From the NCBI GenBank assembly GCA_948806215.1, contig CAQIDI010000002.1:12968-76967 (forward strand): DNA of 64,000 nt, read 5' to 3'. The notes under the pieces were generated by a model. That model saw only the letters and a list, made by a program, of their open reading frames with translations. It was not told the DNA's origin and did not search any database. Source of the DNA: an uncultured Eubacteriales bacterium. GTDB taxonomy: Bacteria; Bacillota; Clostridia; Christensenellales; UBA1242. The position numbers and the translations under genes are program-made. How positions within the stretch are numbered: position 1 is the first letter of the stretch; each line of letters starts with the position of its first letter. Of the stretch, positions 1 to 9,766 are shown piece by piece.

Positions 1-16
1 ACGGAAAATTTTCCGT
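1..16. terminator. palindromic hairpin just downstream of the 34..738 gene (window edge)
   Basis: ACGGAAAATTTTCCGT is a perfect palindrome 18 nt past the stop codon. The U-tract for the minus strand would lie outside the window. Confidence 0.35.
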
Positions 17-33
17 GTTTTATAATTTTTTTA

Positions 34-738
34 TTAAGCAACGCCGTTAACAAATTTAACTATTTCGCCTGCATTTGCTGTGAACAATTTTACTAATATT
101 AAGAATAGTAAAGTTACAACAATACCAATAATTGCGTTAATCATACGCTTTTTAGCTTCTTCACGCTTATCTGCGCTTTCTGCTTTACTAAAGTTAATTC
201 CAAGAACAATAACAAATATTGAACCTGCTGTTCCTAAAATAATTAACACAGGGTTTAATATTTGGTCGATAATGCCAGTGATTGACATCATACTATCGTA
301 CCAAGGTTGTGCGGTTATGTTCATTGGACAAACATAATTTTTGTATTCATCAGAGTTTGTGTCTGTTATTTTTGATTTAGCACAATCCGGTGTGTATGTT
401 TTTTCACCCTTATCATTTTCACCAATTTTATAACATTTTGAGCAACCTTTTACTGTACAATCACAAGTAGCACATTTTATTGGTAAAGTATCTTTAGTAT
501 AAGAGGTTGCAACCATTTGAGAATTATCTAAATTTGGAGTAACAAAATATGCTGTTAATGAAACTTCTTCGTGCATATGCTCTGCGTGATTATGCTCAAC
601 AGCTAATGCGTTTACTTCTATTTGATTTGTGTTATAGCTAATAATAGCCGAACAAATTAAAGAAGTTAAGGTTAATACAAACGCCAAAACAAAAATTATT
701 TTGTTATAGGTGTTAACGAACTTTTTTAATTTTGTCAT
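34..738 (-). CDS. hypothetical membrane protein with an N-terminal signal anchor, a His-rich then Cys-rich ectodomain, and a C-terminal two-helix hairpin reminiscent of TrbC/VirB2-type pilin subunits
   Basis: 234-aa ORF. Hydrophobic segment near residues 14-35. Motifs AVEHNHAEHMHEE and CATCDCTVKGCSKC. C terminus is TM, then a charged loop (KAESADKREEAKKR), then TM. Confidence 0.6.
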   Translation of the reverse strand: MTKLKKFVNTYNKIIFVLAFVLTLTSLICSAIISYNTNQIEVNALAVEHNHAEHMHEEVSLTAYFVTPNLDNSQMVATSYTKDTLPIKCATCDCTVKGCSKCYKIGENDKGEKTYTPDCAKSKITDTNSDEYKNYVCPMNITAQPWYDSMMSITGIIDQILNPVLIILGTAGSIFVIVLGINFSKAESADKREEAKKRMINAIIGIVVTLLFLILVKLFTANAGEIVKFVNGVA

Positions 739-898
739 TTTTTATCCCCTTTTGTATATTTTTATATTATTATAATATCATTAAAAAATTTATTAAGTAA
801 AGTTTTTTAACTGAACTTTTGTTTAAAATAGCTAAATATTAATGATTGTATGCAAAAAACAATAAAAAAAACGAACCAAATTTAGTTCGCTAAAATTA

Positions 899-1057
899 CT
901 ATCTTATTATAGTTTGAGCAAAATTAGTTGTAGCGCGAGTTATTTCTTGCAAATCACCATTTGTGCCATTACAAGCAAAAACAGCAAAAAGAACGCTTAC
1001 AGCAACAACAGCAACAACAATAGCCCAAGAGAACTTGCTTCTCATTAATTTTTTCAT
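899..1057 (-). CDS. small hydrophobic protein, possibly a lipoprotein or membrane peptide
   Basis: The tracked ORF is 899..1084. The internal start MKKLMRSKF at 1057 follows a purine-rich AAGGTGGGG stretch. It has a single hydrophobic segment ending in FAC. Confidence 0.4.
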   Translation of the reverse strand: MKKLMRSKFSWAIVVAVVAVSVLFAVFACNGTNGDLQEITRATTNFAQTIIR

Positions 1058-1275
1058 ATTTCCCGACCCCACCTTTTGGCACAAATCTAGTTTATTGTTT
1101 ACATTATAAACTTTAAAGCAAAAAAATGCAACCTAATATACTAAAAAAATCAAATTTTTTAAAAATATAATATTATGTACTGTTCAAATTAAAAATATTT
1201 ACAATTAAAAAAATTTTGGGCTAGACATTAAAAATTTTTTTTGATAAACTTTTATAACTAAAAGGAGATTAAATT

Positions 1276-1329
1276 ATGGACCCAGTGCCGAATCAAAAAC
1301 TAAATAACGCCAGCACTGAGAAAATTTAA
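1276..1329 (+). CDS. putative 17-aa leader peptide MDPVPNQKLNNASTEKI upstream of mgtE
   Basis: ATG is 8 nt after a strong SD (AAAGGAG, 1261-1267). Pro codons are at positions 3 and 5. The stop lies 43 nt before the mgtE ATG. Absent from the ORF track because it is short. Confidence 0.5.
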   Translation: MDPVPNQKLNNASTEKI

Positions 1330-1370
1330 CTCTAGTTTTTTATTGTTTTCTCGTGCTAAAAGGAGAAAAC
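1283..1370 (+). promoter_or_regulatory. mgtE leader with mutually exclusive helices, one of which sequesters the mgtE SD
   Basis: GUUUUCUC (1345-1352) can pair with GAGAAAAU (1318-1325, the last sense codons of the leader ORF) or perfectly with GAGAAAAC (1363-1370, 3' half of the mgtE SD AAGGAG). An extra helix is CAGUGC 1283-1288 with GCACUG 1313-1318. Confidence 0.5.
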
Positions 1371-1371
1371 A

Positions 1372-2697
1372 ATGGATATAGAAAAATTATTAGTTGATAA
1401 AGATTTTAACGAACTAAAAAAACAACTTGAAAACAAAAACATAGCCGATATTGCTATGTTATTTGAAGGAATTGAAGATAAAGATAAAATTATATTATTT
1501 AAGCTACTAAATAAAGATATAGCAGCCGAAGTTTTTTCTTATCTTAATCCCGATATGCAAGAAACAATTATTACCGCCATTAAAGATAGCGATATTCAAA
1601 ACATTATGAAAGAACTATATCTTGATGATGCAACCGACTTTATTCAAGAAATGCCGGCAAATGTTGTTAAACGCGTTTTAAAAAATGTTGATAACAAAAC
1701 CAGAGAACAAATTAACAAGTTACTTAGCTACCCCGATAACAGTGCTGGCAGCATTATGACCACCGAATTTATAGACTTAAAAAGCAACTTAACTGTTAGC
1801 GAAGCTTTTGAAAAAATTAGAAGAAAAGCAAACGATAGCGAAACAGTTTACACAATTTACATTACCGATGAATATCGCAAGATTAGTGGTGTTGTTAGCA
1901 TTAGAGATTTATTAATTGCAAAAAACGATGCAAAGTTAAAAGATATTATGGAAACCAATGTTATTACTGCAAACACACTAACCGATAAAGAAGACATTGC
2001 TAATATGTTTTCTAAATACGATTTTTACACTTTGCCAATTCTTGATAACGAACAACGCCTAGTGGGCATTGTTACAGCCGATGATGTTATGGAAGTTATT
2101 CAGAACGAAGCCACCGAAGATATGGAAAAAATGGCAGCTATAACCCCTAGCGACGAAAGCTATTTAAAAACCAGTGTGTTTAAGCACGCAAAAAAACGAG
2201 TGTTTTGGCTACTGCTTTTAACTTTATCGGCTTCTATTACAGGAGCAATAATTTCTCACTTTGAAGATGCCTTTGTTTTAGTTCCGGTTTTAGTTAGCTT
2301 TATTCCAATGCTTATGGATACTGGTGGCAACTGTGGTTCGCAAGCATCAACTTTAATAATACGCGGGCTTGCTTTAGGCGAAATTAAAACTGCCGACTAT
2401 TTAAAAATAATGTTTAAAGAATTTAGGGTTTCGCTTGTTTGTGGGGTAATACTATCTATTGTAAACTTTTTTGTAGTGTGGTTACGCTCTGGCGACCCAC
2501 TAGTTGGCTTGGTTGTTGCATTAACACTACTAATAACAATTTGTGTTGCTAAATTTATTGGCGGAATGCTTCCAATACTTGCTAAAAAAATAAAATTAGA
2601 CCCAGCAATTATGGCTGCCCCAATTATTTCCACCTTAGTAGATTGCATAACTATTGTTTGCTATTTCTTAATTGCAACTGCAATTTTAGGCTTATAA
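1372..2697 (+). CDS. mgtE: magnesium transporter MgtE
   Basis: 441 aa with an N-terminal MgtE_N-like region, a tandem CBS region, and a C-terminal 5-TM channel with PMLMDTGGNCGSQAST. Confidence 0.95.
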   Translation: MDIEKLLVDKDFNELKKQLENKNIADIAMLFEGIEDKDKIILFKLLNKDIAAEVFSYLNPDMQETIITAIKDSDIQNIMKELYLDDATDFIQEMPANVVKRVLKNVDNKTREQINKLLSYPDNSAGSIMTTEFIDLKSNLTVSEAFEKIRRKANDSETVYTIYITDEYRKISGVVSIRDLLIAKNDAKLKDIMETNVITANTLTDKEDIANMFSKYDFYTLPILDNEQRLVGIVTADDVMEVIQNEATEDMEKMAAITPSDESYLKTSVFKHAKKRVFWLLLLTLSASITGAIISHFEDAFVLVPVLVSFIPMLMDTGGNCGSQASTLIIRGLALGEIKTADYLKIMFKEFRVSLVCGVILSIVNFFVVWLRSGDPLVGLVVALTLLITICVAKFIGGMLPILAKKIKLDPAIMAAPIISTLVDCITIVCYFLIATAILGL

Positions 2698-2722
2698 AAA
2701 AACACCGATTTGGTGTTTTTTT
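2696..2722. terminator. bidirectional intrinsic terminator shared by mgtE and radC
   Basis: An A-run, then AACACC-gattt-GGTGTT, then a T-run, lying between convergent genes. Confidence 0.8.
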
Positions 2723-2724
2723 AA

Positions 2725-3498
2725 TTAATCGTAAAATTCAAATTTTGGTTGCATAACAGCTTTTGTTTTTTCATCGCCAGTTTCAAGTAAAATGTTAAGA
2801 GCATTTTTAGTAAACTTTTCAATTAATCCTTGTTGCCTATAACTATAGTATTTGTTTTCTGCACCAATAATAACGTGATCAACAAAGCCAACACCGTTAA
2901 TGGTTAACGATAAAGCAATGGCTTTTGTTAACTTATCGTCTTCGGCACTTGGCAATGCTTTGCCTCCGGGATGGTTATGACAAACTGCAACCGAGCAAGC
3001 ATTTGCTGAAATTGCTTGTTCCATAATTTTTTTAACACTAACAGCTGCTTGATTAACCGAACCAGAACTAATTAGTTCGTAGCGTTTAACTGTTCCATTA
3101 TTATCTAAATAAATTGCATAAAATTGTTCGTTTATTTTAGCACTAAGCAAGTTACCAACAAAAACTAGCAAGCTTTGCATATTGTTAATTTTTGTAACTT
3201 TACTTAATTTACTTTTGTTATAAGCAAAAAAGAAGTGCTTAATTGAAGAAATAAAATTTGCTGTTTTATTACCAACTCCGTTAACCTTAATTAAATCTTC
3301 AACTTTTGCATCTAAAACATTTGCAAAACTGCCAAATGTGTTTATTAACCTATGAGCGATAGGATTAGTATCGGCTCTTGGAATAACATATGTTAACAAC
3401 AATTCTAAAATTTGATGCTCATCCATATTATTAAACTCAGAATTATTTGCTCGTTCTCTAAGCCTAGACCTATGACCTGCGTGTAAGTTTTCTTTCAT
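2725..3498 (-). CDS. radC: RadC-like JAB/MPN domain protein
   Basis: 257 aa with a C-terminal HNHPGG..S..D JAMM-type motif and an N-terminal helix-hairpin-helix-like region (VNGVGNKTA). Confidence 0.85.
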   Translation of the reverse strand: MKENLHAGHRSRLRERANNSEFNNMDEHQILELLLTYVIPRADTNPIAHRLINTFGSFANVLDAKVEDLIKVNGVGNKTANFISSIKHFFFAYNKSKLSKVTKINNMQSLLVFVGNLLSAKINEQFYAIYLDNNGTVKRYELISSGSVNQAAVSVKKIMEQAISANACSVAVCHNHPGGKALPSAEDDKLTKAIALSLTINGVGFVDHVIIGAENKYYSYRQQGLIEKFTKNALNILLETGDEKTKAVMQPKFEFYD

Positions 3499-3858
3499 AG
3501 TTTAATTTTATAATAATAATTAAAAACAATCAATTAAATTGCAATCTAACAAATATTTTAATTTGTATTAAATGTTTAATATAAATTATATGTGTTTTAT
3601 ATTTAGCATTAATTTGACTAAGAAATTAAATTGAAATATGCTTTTCTTATAAATTTTTTGTATTTTTAAACAATAAAGATATTCAGGAACTTGAATTAAC
3701 ACCTTGTGGTGAACTATATAAATTAATTTATAGAACTCATAGAAAATGGACAGATTGGCGAATTAAAAATGGCCTTAAAGTTTTAATGCCGGAAGAAGAT
3801 TTAGCACTTGTTTCTAATTACCAAGAACTTAGCAAATAGACATAAATAAACTATAAAA

Positions 3859-3886
3859 CAAAAAAGACATATTAACTATGCCTTTT
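3859..3886 (-). terminator. intrinsic terminator after pflA
   Basis: Minus strand reads AAGGCATA-gttaa-TATGTCTT with one mismatch, followed by a U-run. Confidence 0.5.
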
Positions 3887-4603
3887 TTATTTTATTAAAT
3901 TATATTTTTTAAATATTTTGTTAGCCTTTTCCATTTCGGCGTTAGTTGGTTCTTTGGTTGAATACAACTTATAATCCATTCCTAATTCTTTCCATTTATA
4001 TTCACCCATTTTATGAAACGGCAATAATTCAACGCGCTTAACACATTTAAAGTTGCTTAAAAACTTTGCTAAATTTTCTAGTTCTTCAAAATTTAATGTG
4101 TAGTTTGGAACAATAACGTGTCGTATCCAAACCGGCTTGTTGATTTTTTCGCAATATTCTAGTGTGTTTAAAGTGTTAAAGTTTTCAACACCAGTTAAAG
4201 TTTTACTTAACTGATTATTTAATGCTTTTATATCTAGCAACAACATATCGCTTGCATTAATAACTTTTTTGCTAATTTTTAGTGGAAGCGAACCTGCTGT
4301 GTCAACCGCAACTTTTATGTTTAACTTATGCAATCTTTTTATTAACGAATAAACAAATCTATGTTGCAAAAGTGGTTCTCCACCAGATATTGTAACACCG
4401 CCCGAGCTAATATAGTTTAAATATGGCTTAATGCCATTAACAACTTGTGTTACGCTCATTTTTTTTCCAGCTTTAATTTTCCACGAATCAGGGTTATGAC
4501 AATATAAGCATCTTAAAAAGCAACCTTGCATAAACACAACATATCTAACACCGGGGCCATCAACTGCACCAAAGGTTTCAACTGAGTGAATATATCCTTT
4601 CAT
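3887..4603 (-). CDS. pflA: pyruvate formate-lyase activating enzyme (radical SAM)
   Basis: 238 aa with CFLRCLYCHN (CxxxCxxC) and GGEPLL, located immediately downstream of pflB. Confidence 0.9.
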   Translation of the reverse strand: MKGYIHSVETFGAVDGPGVRYVVFMQGCFLRCLYCHNPDSWKIKAGKKMSVTQVVNGIKPYLNYISSGGVTISGGEPLLQHRFVYSLIKRLHKLNIKVAVDTAGSLPLKISKKVINASDMLLLDIKALNNQLSKTLTGVENFNTLNTLEYCEKINKPVWIRHVIVPNYTLNFEELENLAKFLSNFKCVKRVELLPFHKMGEYKWKELGMDYKLYSTKEPTNAEMEKANKIFKKYNLIK

Positions 4604-4614
4604 ATAACACCAAA

Positions 4615-6825
4615 TTAGAACCTTGTGTGGAAAGTACGATTAATAACATCTTGTTGTTGTTCTTTTGTTAATTTAATAAAGTTAACTGCGTAGCCAGAAA
4701 CTCGAATTGTTAGTTGTGGATATTTTTCTGGATGATCCATAGCATCTAATAAAACATCTCTATTTAAAACATTAACATTTAAGTGATGTCCTTTATCGCC
4801 AAAATACCCATCCATTAACGAAACTAGGTTTTTAACTTTGTCTTCTTCGGTTGTGCCAAGAGCCGATGGAATAATAGAGAATGTGTTACTAATACCATCT
4901 TCGGCACTATCGTAAGGAAGTTTAGAAACCGATTTTAAAGATGCAACACAACCCATTTTATCACGGCCGTGCATTGGGTTTGCACCCGGGGCAAATGGTT
5001 CGCCAAGTTTTCTACCATCAGGAGTAGAACCTGTGTGCTTACCATAAACAACATTACTGGTTATTGTTAAAACCGATAAGGTTTGACGGCTATTTCTGTA
5101 AGTTGGCTGTTTGCGTAGTTTTTTAATAAACGAATTAACAATCCAAATAGCAATTTTATCGGCACGGCTATCGTTATTACCATATTTAGGATAATCACCT
5201 TCAATTTCAAAATCGATAGCAACACCATTTTCATCTCTAATTGGTTTTACTTTTGCATATTTAATTGCCGATAAACTATCGGCAACAACGCTTAAGCCTG
5301 CAATTCCGCCAGCCATAGTTCTTACAATTTCGTTATCGTGCAAAGCCATTTCAATGCTTTCATAGCAATATTTATCGTGCATATAGTGAATAGCATTTAA
5401 TGTGTTAACATAAAGTTTTGCAAGCCAATCAAGAGTTATATCAAAATTTTTAATAACTTTTTTATATTCTAAATATTCATCAGGAATTGGGTCGCACACA
5501 TCGTATAAATCTTCTTTAGTTATTTCATCAACTCCACCATTAATTGCATAAAGCAAAGCTTTTGCTAAGTTACAACGAGCACCAAAGAATTGCATTTGTT
5601 TTCCAATACGCATTGCCGAAACGCAACAAGCAATACCATAATCGTCGCCAAATTTAGGACGCATTATATCATCGTTTTCGTATTGAATAGAACTTGTGTT
5701 AATAGAAGTTTTTGCAACATATTTTTTAAAGTTTTCTGGTAGATTCTTACTCCATAAAATTGTTAAGTTAGGTTCTGGAGCAGGGCCTAAATTGGTTAAT
5801 GTATGCAAAAATCTAAAGCTCATTTTAGTAACCATATGTCTGCCATCGTTACACATTCCACCAATAGATTCGGTTACCCAAGTTGGGTCGCCAGAAAATA
5901 ATCTGTCGTATTCGCCGGTTCTTAAAAATCTTACAATTCTAAGTTTCATAATAAAATGGTCAACAAATTCTTGAATTTGGCTTTCAGAATATTTTCCAGA
6001 TTTTAAATCTTGTTCGGCATAAATATCTAAGAATGTGCTAATTCTACCAATACTCATAGCCGCACCATTTTGATCTTTAACAGCAGAAAGATATGCAAAA
6101 TATAACCATTGAATAGCTTCTTTAACATCGGTTGCTGGTTTAGAAATATCAAAACCATAATTACTAGCCATTTGTTTTAATGCTTTTAATGCTTTAATTT
6201 GTTCTGCAATTTCTTCACGGTTTCTAATAACTTCTTCGGTGAAAGTTTTTTGTTCATCTTCTTTTAAACTATTACGCTTTTGTTCAATTAAATAATCAAC
6301 ACCATAAAGTGGAACTCTGCGATAGTCGCCAATAATTCTGCCCCTGCCATATGCATCAGGTAGTCCGGTTATTATGTGAGTGTGGCGTGCGGCACGCATT
6401 TCGGAAGTGTAAACATCAAAAACACCATCGTTATGTGTTTTACGATATTTAAACACGTTAGCCACATCGGCATCCATTTCACGGTTATATTCTTCCATTT
6501 CTTTATAAACCAATCTAATTCCGCCAAATGGCATAATTGCTCTTTTTAAAGGTTCATCGGTTTGCAAGCCAACAATTTTTTCTAATTTTTTATCAATATA
6601 ACCCGGGTTATGAGCAGTTATTGTGGAAATGGTTTTATTATCAATATCGTAAACACCACCACGTTCGCGTTCAACTTTCATTTTTTCTAAAAGTTCATTC
6701 CAAAGCTTAACTGTGTTTTTTGTAGGTTTAGTTAAAAAACTTTCGTCACCGCTATAAGGGGTATAGTTTTTAACAATAAAATCTCTTACATTAATATTTT
6801 TATCTTCGTGGTAAATATACTTCAT
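4615..6825 (-). CDS. pflB: pyruvate formate-lyase (formate C-acetyltransferase)
   Basis: Active-site GIACCVSA and C-terminal glycyl-radical motif RVSGYAVNF. The ATG at 6825 follows GGAGA. The tracked ORF begins 4 codons earlier (6837) without an SD. Confidence 0.95.
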   Translation of the reverse strand: MKYIYHEDKNINVRDFIVKNYTPYSGDESFLTKPTKNTVKLWNELLEKMKVERERGGVYDIDNKTISTITAHNPGYIDKKLEKIVGLQTDEPLKRAIMPFGGIRLVYKEMEEYNREMDADVANVFKYRKTHNDGVFDVYTSEMRAARHTHIITGLPDAYGRGRIIGDYRRVPLYGVDYLIEQKRNSLKEDEQKTFTEEVIRNREEIAEQIKALKALKQMASNYGFDISKPATDVKEAIQWLYFAYLSAVKDQNGAAMSIGRISTFLDIYAEQDLKSGKYSESQIQEFVDHFIMKLRIVRFLRTGEYDRLFSGDPTWVTESIGGMCNDGRHMVTKMSFRFLHTLTNLGPAPEPNLTILWSKNLPENFKKYVAKTSINTSSIQYENDDIMRPKFGDDYGIACCVSAMRIGKQMQFFGARCNLAKALLYAINGGVDEITKEDLYDVCDPIPDEYLEYKKVIKNFDITLDWLAKLYVNTLNAIHYMHDKYCYESIEMALHDNEIVRTMAGGIAGLSVVADSLSAIKYAKVKPIRDENGVAIDFEIEGDYPKYGNNDSRADKIAIWIVNSFIKKLRKQPTYRNSRQTLSVLTITSNVVYGKHTGSTPDGRKLGEPFAPGANPMHGRDKMGCVASLKSVSKLPYDSAEDGISNTFSIIPSALGTTEEDKVKNLVSLMDGYFGDKGHHLNVNVLNRDVLLDAMDHPEKYPQLTIRVSGYAVNFIKLTKEQQQDVINRTFHTRF

Positions 6826-6984
6826 TTTAATCTCCATAATTTATTATTTTTATTAGTTTTGCCATATAAACAAAATATAACAGCAAAATATATTATATAT
6901 AATAGTTAATTAAAGGTGAAACAAAAAATAGAACTTTTTAAAAATTTGTTTAAATACACCAACTAGCATTATTTTTGCCGATAT

Positions 6985-7007
6985 AAAAAGCCCTTAAGCG
7001 GGGCTTT
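6985..7007 (-). terminator. intrinsic terminator after nrdG
   Basis: AAGCCCC-gcttaag-GGGCTT on the minus strand, followed by a U-run and abutting the stop codon. Confidence 0.75.
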
Positions 7008-7502
7008 TTAATCGTTATATAAAACAATTTGTTTTTGTTTTAGCGACTCGGCAACATTAATTACTCGCTGATTTTCCGACCCACACCATTTTAATGTTGG
7101 ATTACGGCGTTCATCAACATATTGCCCATCAACTAAAACATCAATATAATTTAAAATTTCTTTATTTTGCAAATCCCTATCAAACAAGAAACCCGACCAA
7201 ACCCAAAGGTTTTTTTGTGGATAAGCTTGTTTAAAAGCTTTGGCAAGTTTTGTGCTACCTTCAATATTTAAAGGGTGCAGTGGCTCGCCGCCTAAAATCG
7301 ATAATCCTTCAATATAATCGTTTTCACACAATTTTAAAATAGTTTCAATAGTTTTATCGTTAAACTCTTGTCCACCATTAAAATTATGTGTTTCGGGATT
7401 AAAACAATTTTTGCAGTTAAAGGAGCAACCTTGCATAAAAATAGAAACTCTAACACCCGGACCATCTGCAATATCCATTTTTCTAATTTTATTATATCTC
7501 AT
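7008..7502 (-). CDS. nrdG: anaerobic ribonucleotide reductase activating protein
   Basis: 164 aa with a radical-SAM CSFNCKNCFN motif, located downstream of nrdD. Confidence 0.9.
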   Translation of the reverse strand: MRYNKIRKMDIADGPGVRVSIFMQGCSFNCKNCFNPETHNFNGGQEFNDKTIETILKLCENDYIEGLSILGGEPLHPLNIEGSTKLAKAFKQAYPQKNLWVWSGFLFDRDLQNKEILNYIDVLVDGQYVDERRNPTLKWCGSENQRVINVAESLKQKQIVLYND

Positions 7503-7522
7503 TACTCCCCCTCCCAGTTTAG

Positions 7523-9679
7523 TTATACATCTTTGTTATCGATGTGTAAAACTCTATCTCTTATTTCTTGAGTTCTGCCTTTATTCCAAAAGTTTGTTCC
7601 AATGTAACCACAAGTTCTACGAGCAACATTAAGTGTATCGTGATCACGATTGCCACAATTTGGGCAATACCAATCTAAATTATCATCAATTAACACTTCA
7701 CCTGTGTAACCACATTTTTGGCAGTAATCGCTTTTTGTATTTAGTTCGGCATACATAATATTATCGTAAATAAACTTAATAACTTGTAAAACAACTTCTA
7801 AATTGTTTTGTAGGTTTGGTGTTTCAACATAAGATATAGCACCACCTGGGCTTAGTTTTTGGAAATCGCTTTCTAATTTTAATTTAGAGAACGCATCAAT
7901 TTCTTCAAACACTGGAACGTGATAAGAGTTGGTAACATAATTCTTATCGTTAATTCCTTTAATTTCGCCAAATCTTTTCTTTAAGCATTTGGCAAATTTA
8001 TAGGTAACCGATTCGATTGGAGTGCCATAAACACTATAATCAATGTCTTCAACTTCTTTCCAAGCACTGCAAGCATCGTTTAGTTTTTGCATAACTTCTA
8101 TTGCAAACTCTTTTCCTTTTCCGCCATCGGTGTGGCTATTGCCAGTCATATATTTAACACACTCATATAGTCCGGCATATCCAAGAGAAATTGTTGAATA
8201 TCCACCGTGAAGTAATGGGTGAATGCTTTCTCCTTTTTCAAGCCTTGCAAGTGCTCCGTGTTGCCACAAAATTGGTGCAATATCGCTTGTTGCTTTAGCC
8301 AATCGTTCGTGACGAAGTTTTAATGCTTTGTGGCAAAGTTCTAATCGTTCGTCGTAAATTTTCCAGAATTTATCTTTATCGCCACCAGAAGATAATGCAA
8401 TATCAACTAGGTTAAGAGTAACAACGCCTTGGTTAAAACGTCCATAGTATTTTCCTTTGTTGGTTGTTGGGTCAACATAAGGAGTTAAGAACGAACGGCA
8501 TCCCATACAAGGATAGCAGTTGCCTTCACCGTTTTTGTTTATTTTTAGTTCTAACATTTTCTTTTCAGAAATATAGTCTGGAACCATACGTTTAGCTGTG
8601 CACTCTGCTGCTAATTTTGTTAAATAATAATACTTACTATCTTCGTGGATATTATCTTCTTCTAAAACATACAAAAGTTTTGGGAACGCAGGAGTAATAT
8701 AAACTCCTTTTTCGTTTTTCATACCTTCTATTCGTTGTTTTAAAATTTCTTCGATAATTAAAGATAATTCGTATTTATATTCTTCGGTTTCACCAAGATA
8801 TAAGCAAACACTAAGGAATGGTGCTTGACCATTGGTGGTTGTCATAGAGTTAACTTGATATTGAAAAGTTTGAACTCCATCTTTAATTTCTTTTAAAACA
8901 TCTTCTTTAGCAAATTTTTCACATTGTTCCGAAGTTAACTTTCTATCTTTATACTTTTTTAAATAACGATTATAACTATCTCTAACAAATGGTGCTAAGT
9001 GCGACATTGTTACGGTTGCTCCACCATATTGGCTAGAAGTTACAGCGGTTATAATTTGAGTTGCGATTGTCATAGCTGTTAAAAACTTATGTGGTTTTTC
9101 AATCATAACGCCATTAATGTTTGTTCCATTTTGCAACATATCTTCAAGGTTAATTAAATCACAGTTATGAAGCGCGTTTTGTGCAAAATAATCGGCATCG
9201 TGGAAATGCAAAATACCTTCATCGTGAGCTTTAACAATATCTTCTGGTAATAAAAATCTTCTAGTAATATCAGTACTAGTAATACCAGCTAAATAATCAC
9301 GCTGAGTTGTTACAATTTTTGCATTTTTATTGGAGTTTTCGGTGTTCCAATATTCGCTTTCGCCATCGATTAATTCTTTAATTGTTTGGTCGGTGGTGTT
9401 AGCTTTTCTAATTAATGCACGGTTATAACGATAAACAATATATTTTTTTGCAAGTTCATAATGACCTTGTTCCATAAGTTTTTCTTCAATAATATCTTGA
9501 ATATCTTCAACCAAAATGCGTTTTTTATCTAATTCATTAATATAATTAACAATTTCTTTAATATCTTCTTTACTAGCTCGCAAAGATGGTTTAACTTCTT
9601 TGTTAGCCTTTCCAATTGCAATTTCTATCTTACTTTGGTCAAAATCAACTATGTTACCATCACGTTTAATTACTTGCAT
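7523..9679 (-). CDS. nrdD: anaerobic ribonucleoside-triphosphate reductase
   Basis: ATP-cone N terminus, C-terminal Zn ribbon (CQKCGY...CPNCG) and glycyl-radical motif RRTCGYIG. The start at 9679 follows GGGGGA. The tracked ORF extends to 9703. Confidence 0.95.
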   Translation of the reverse strand: MQVIKRDGNIVDFDQSKIEIAIGKANKEVKPSLRASKEDIKEIVNYINELDKKRILVEDIQDIIEEKLMEQGHYELAKKYIVYRYNRALIRKANTTDQTIKELIDGESEYWNTENSNKNAKIVTTQRDYLAGITSTDITRRFLLPEDIVKAHDEGILHFHDADYFAQNALHNCDLINLEDMLQNGTNINGVMIEKPHKFLTAMTIATQIITAVTSSQYGGATVTMSHLAPFVRDSYNRYLKKYKDRKLTSEQCEKFAKEDVLKEIKDGVQTFQYQVNSMTTTNGQAPFLSVCLYLGETEEYKYELSLIIEEILKQRIEGMKNEKGVYITPAFPKLLYVLEEDNIHEDSKYYYLTKLAAECTAKRMVPDYISEKKMLELKINKNGEGNCYPCMGCRSFLTPYVDPTTNKGKYYGRFNQGVVTLNLVDIALSSGGDKDKFWKIYDERLELCHKALKLRHERLAKATSDIAPILWQHGALARLEKGESIHPLLHGGYSTISLGYAGLYECVKYMTGNSHTDGGKGKEFAIEVMQKLNDACSAWKEVEDIDYSVYGTPIESVTYKFAKCLKKRFGEIKGINDKNYVTNSYHVPVFEEIDAFSKLKLESDFQKLSPGGAISYVETPNLQNNLEVVLQVIKFIYDNIMYAELNTKSDYCQKCGYTGEVLIDDNLDWYCPNCGNRDHDTLNVARRTCGYIGTNFWNKGRTQEIRDRVLHIDNKDV

Positions 9680-9713
9680 TTTTTTATCCCCCATAAATTC
9701 CATTATTGGTTGA

Positions 9714-9743
9714 ATTATATAAAAGATATTGTGGTTTTGTCAA
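9714..9743 (-). promoter_or_regulatory. sigma-70-type promoter of nrdDG
   Basis: Minus strand has TTGACA (9743-9738), an 18-nt spacer, then TATAAT (9719-9714). Confidence 0.6.
9719..9734 (-). promoter_or_regulatory. NrdR box 2 (degenerate 3' half) inside the promoter spacer
   Basis: Minus strand CCACAATATCTTTTAT compared with the known NrdR consensus acaCwAtATaTwGtgt. Confidence 0.5.
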
Positions 9744-9750
9744 TTTTAGA

Positions 9751-9766
9751 ACACAACATATTGTGA
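9751..9766 (-). promoter_or_regulatory. NrdR box 1
   Basis: Minus strand TCACAATATGTTGTGT is a near-perfect match. Its centre is 32 bp from box 2, the typical tandem spacing. Confidence 0.65.

Noticed and set aside
3630-3839. An open frame ending ...DIQELELTPCGELYKLIYRTHRKWTDWRIKNGLKVLMPEEDLALVSNYQELSK* in the radC-pflA intergenic region.
   Set aside because: It has no in-frame ATG/GTG/TTG start with an SD. Only an internal Met exists, 17 codons before the stop. It may be a 3' gene remnant, but I cannot identify the family, so it is not called as a CDS or pseudogene.
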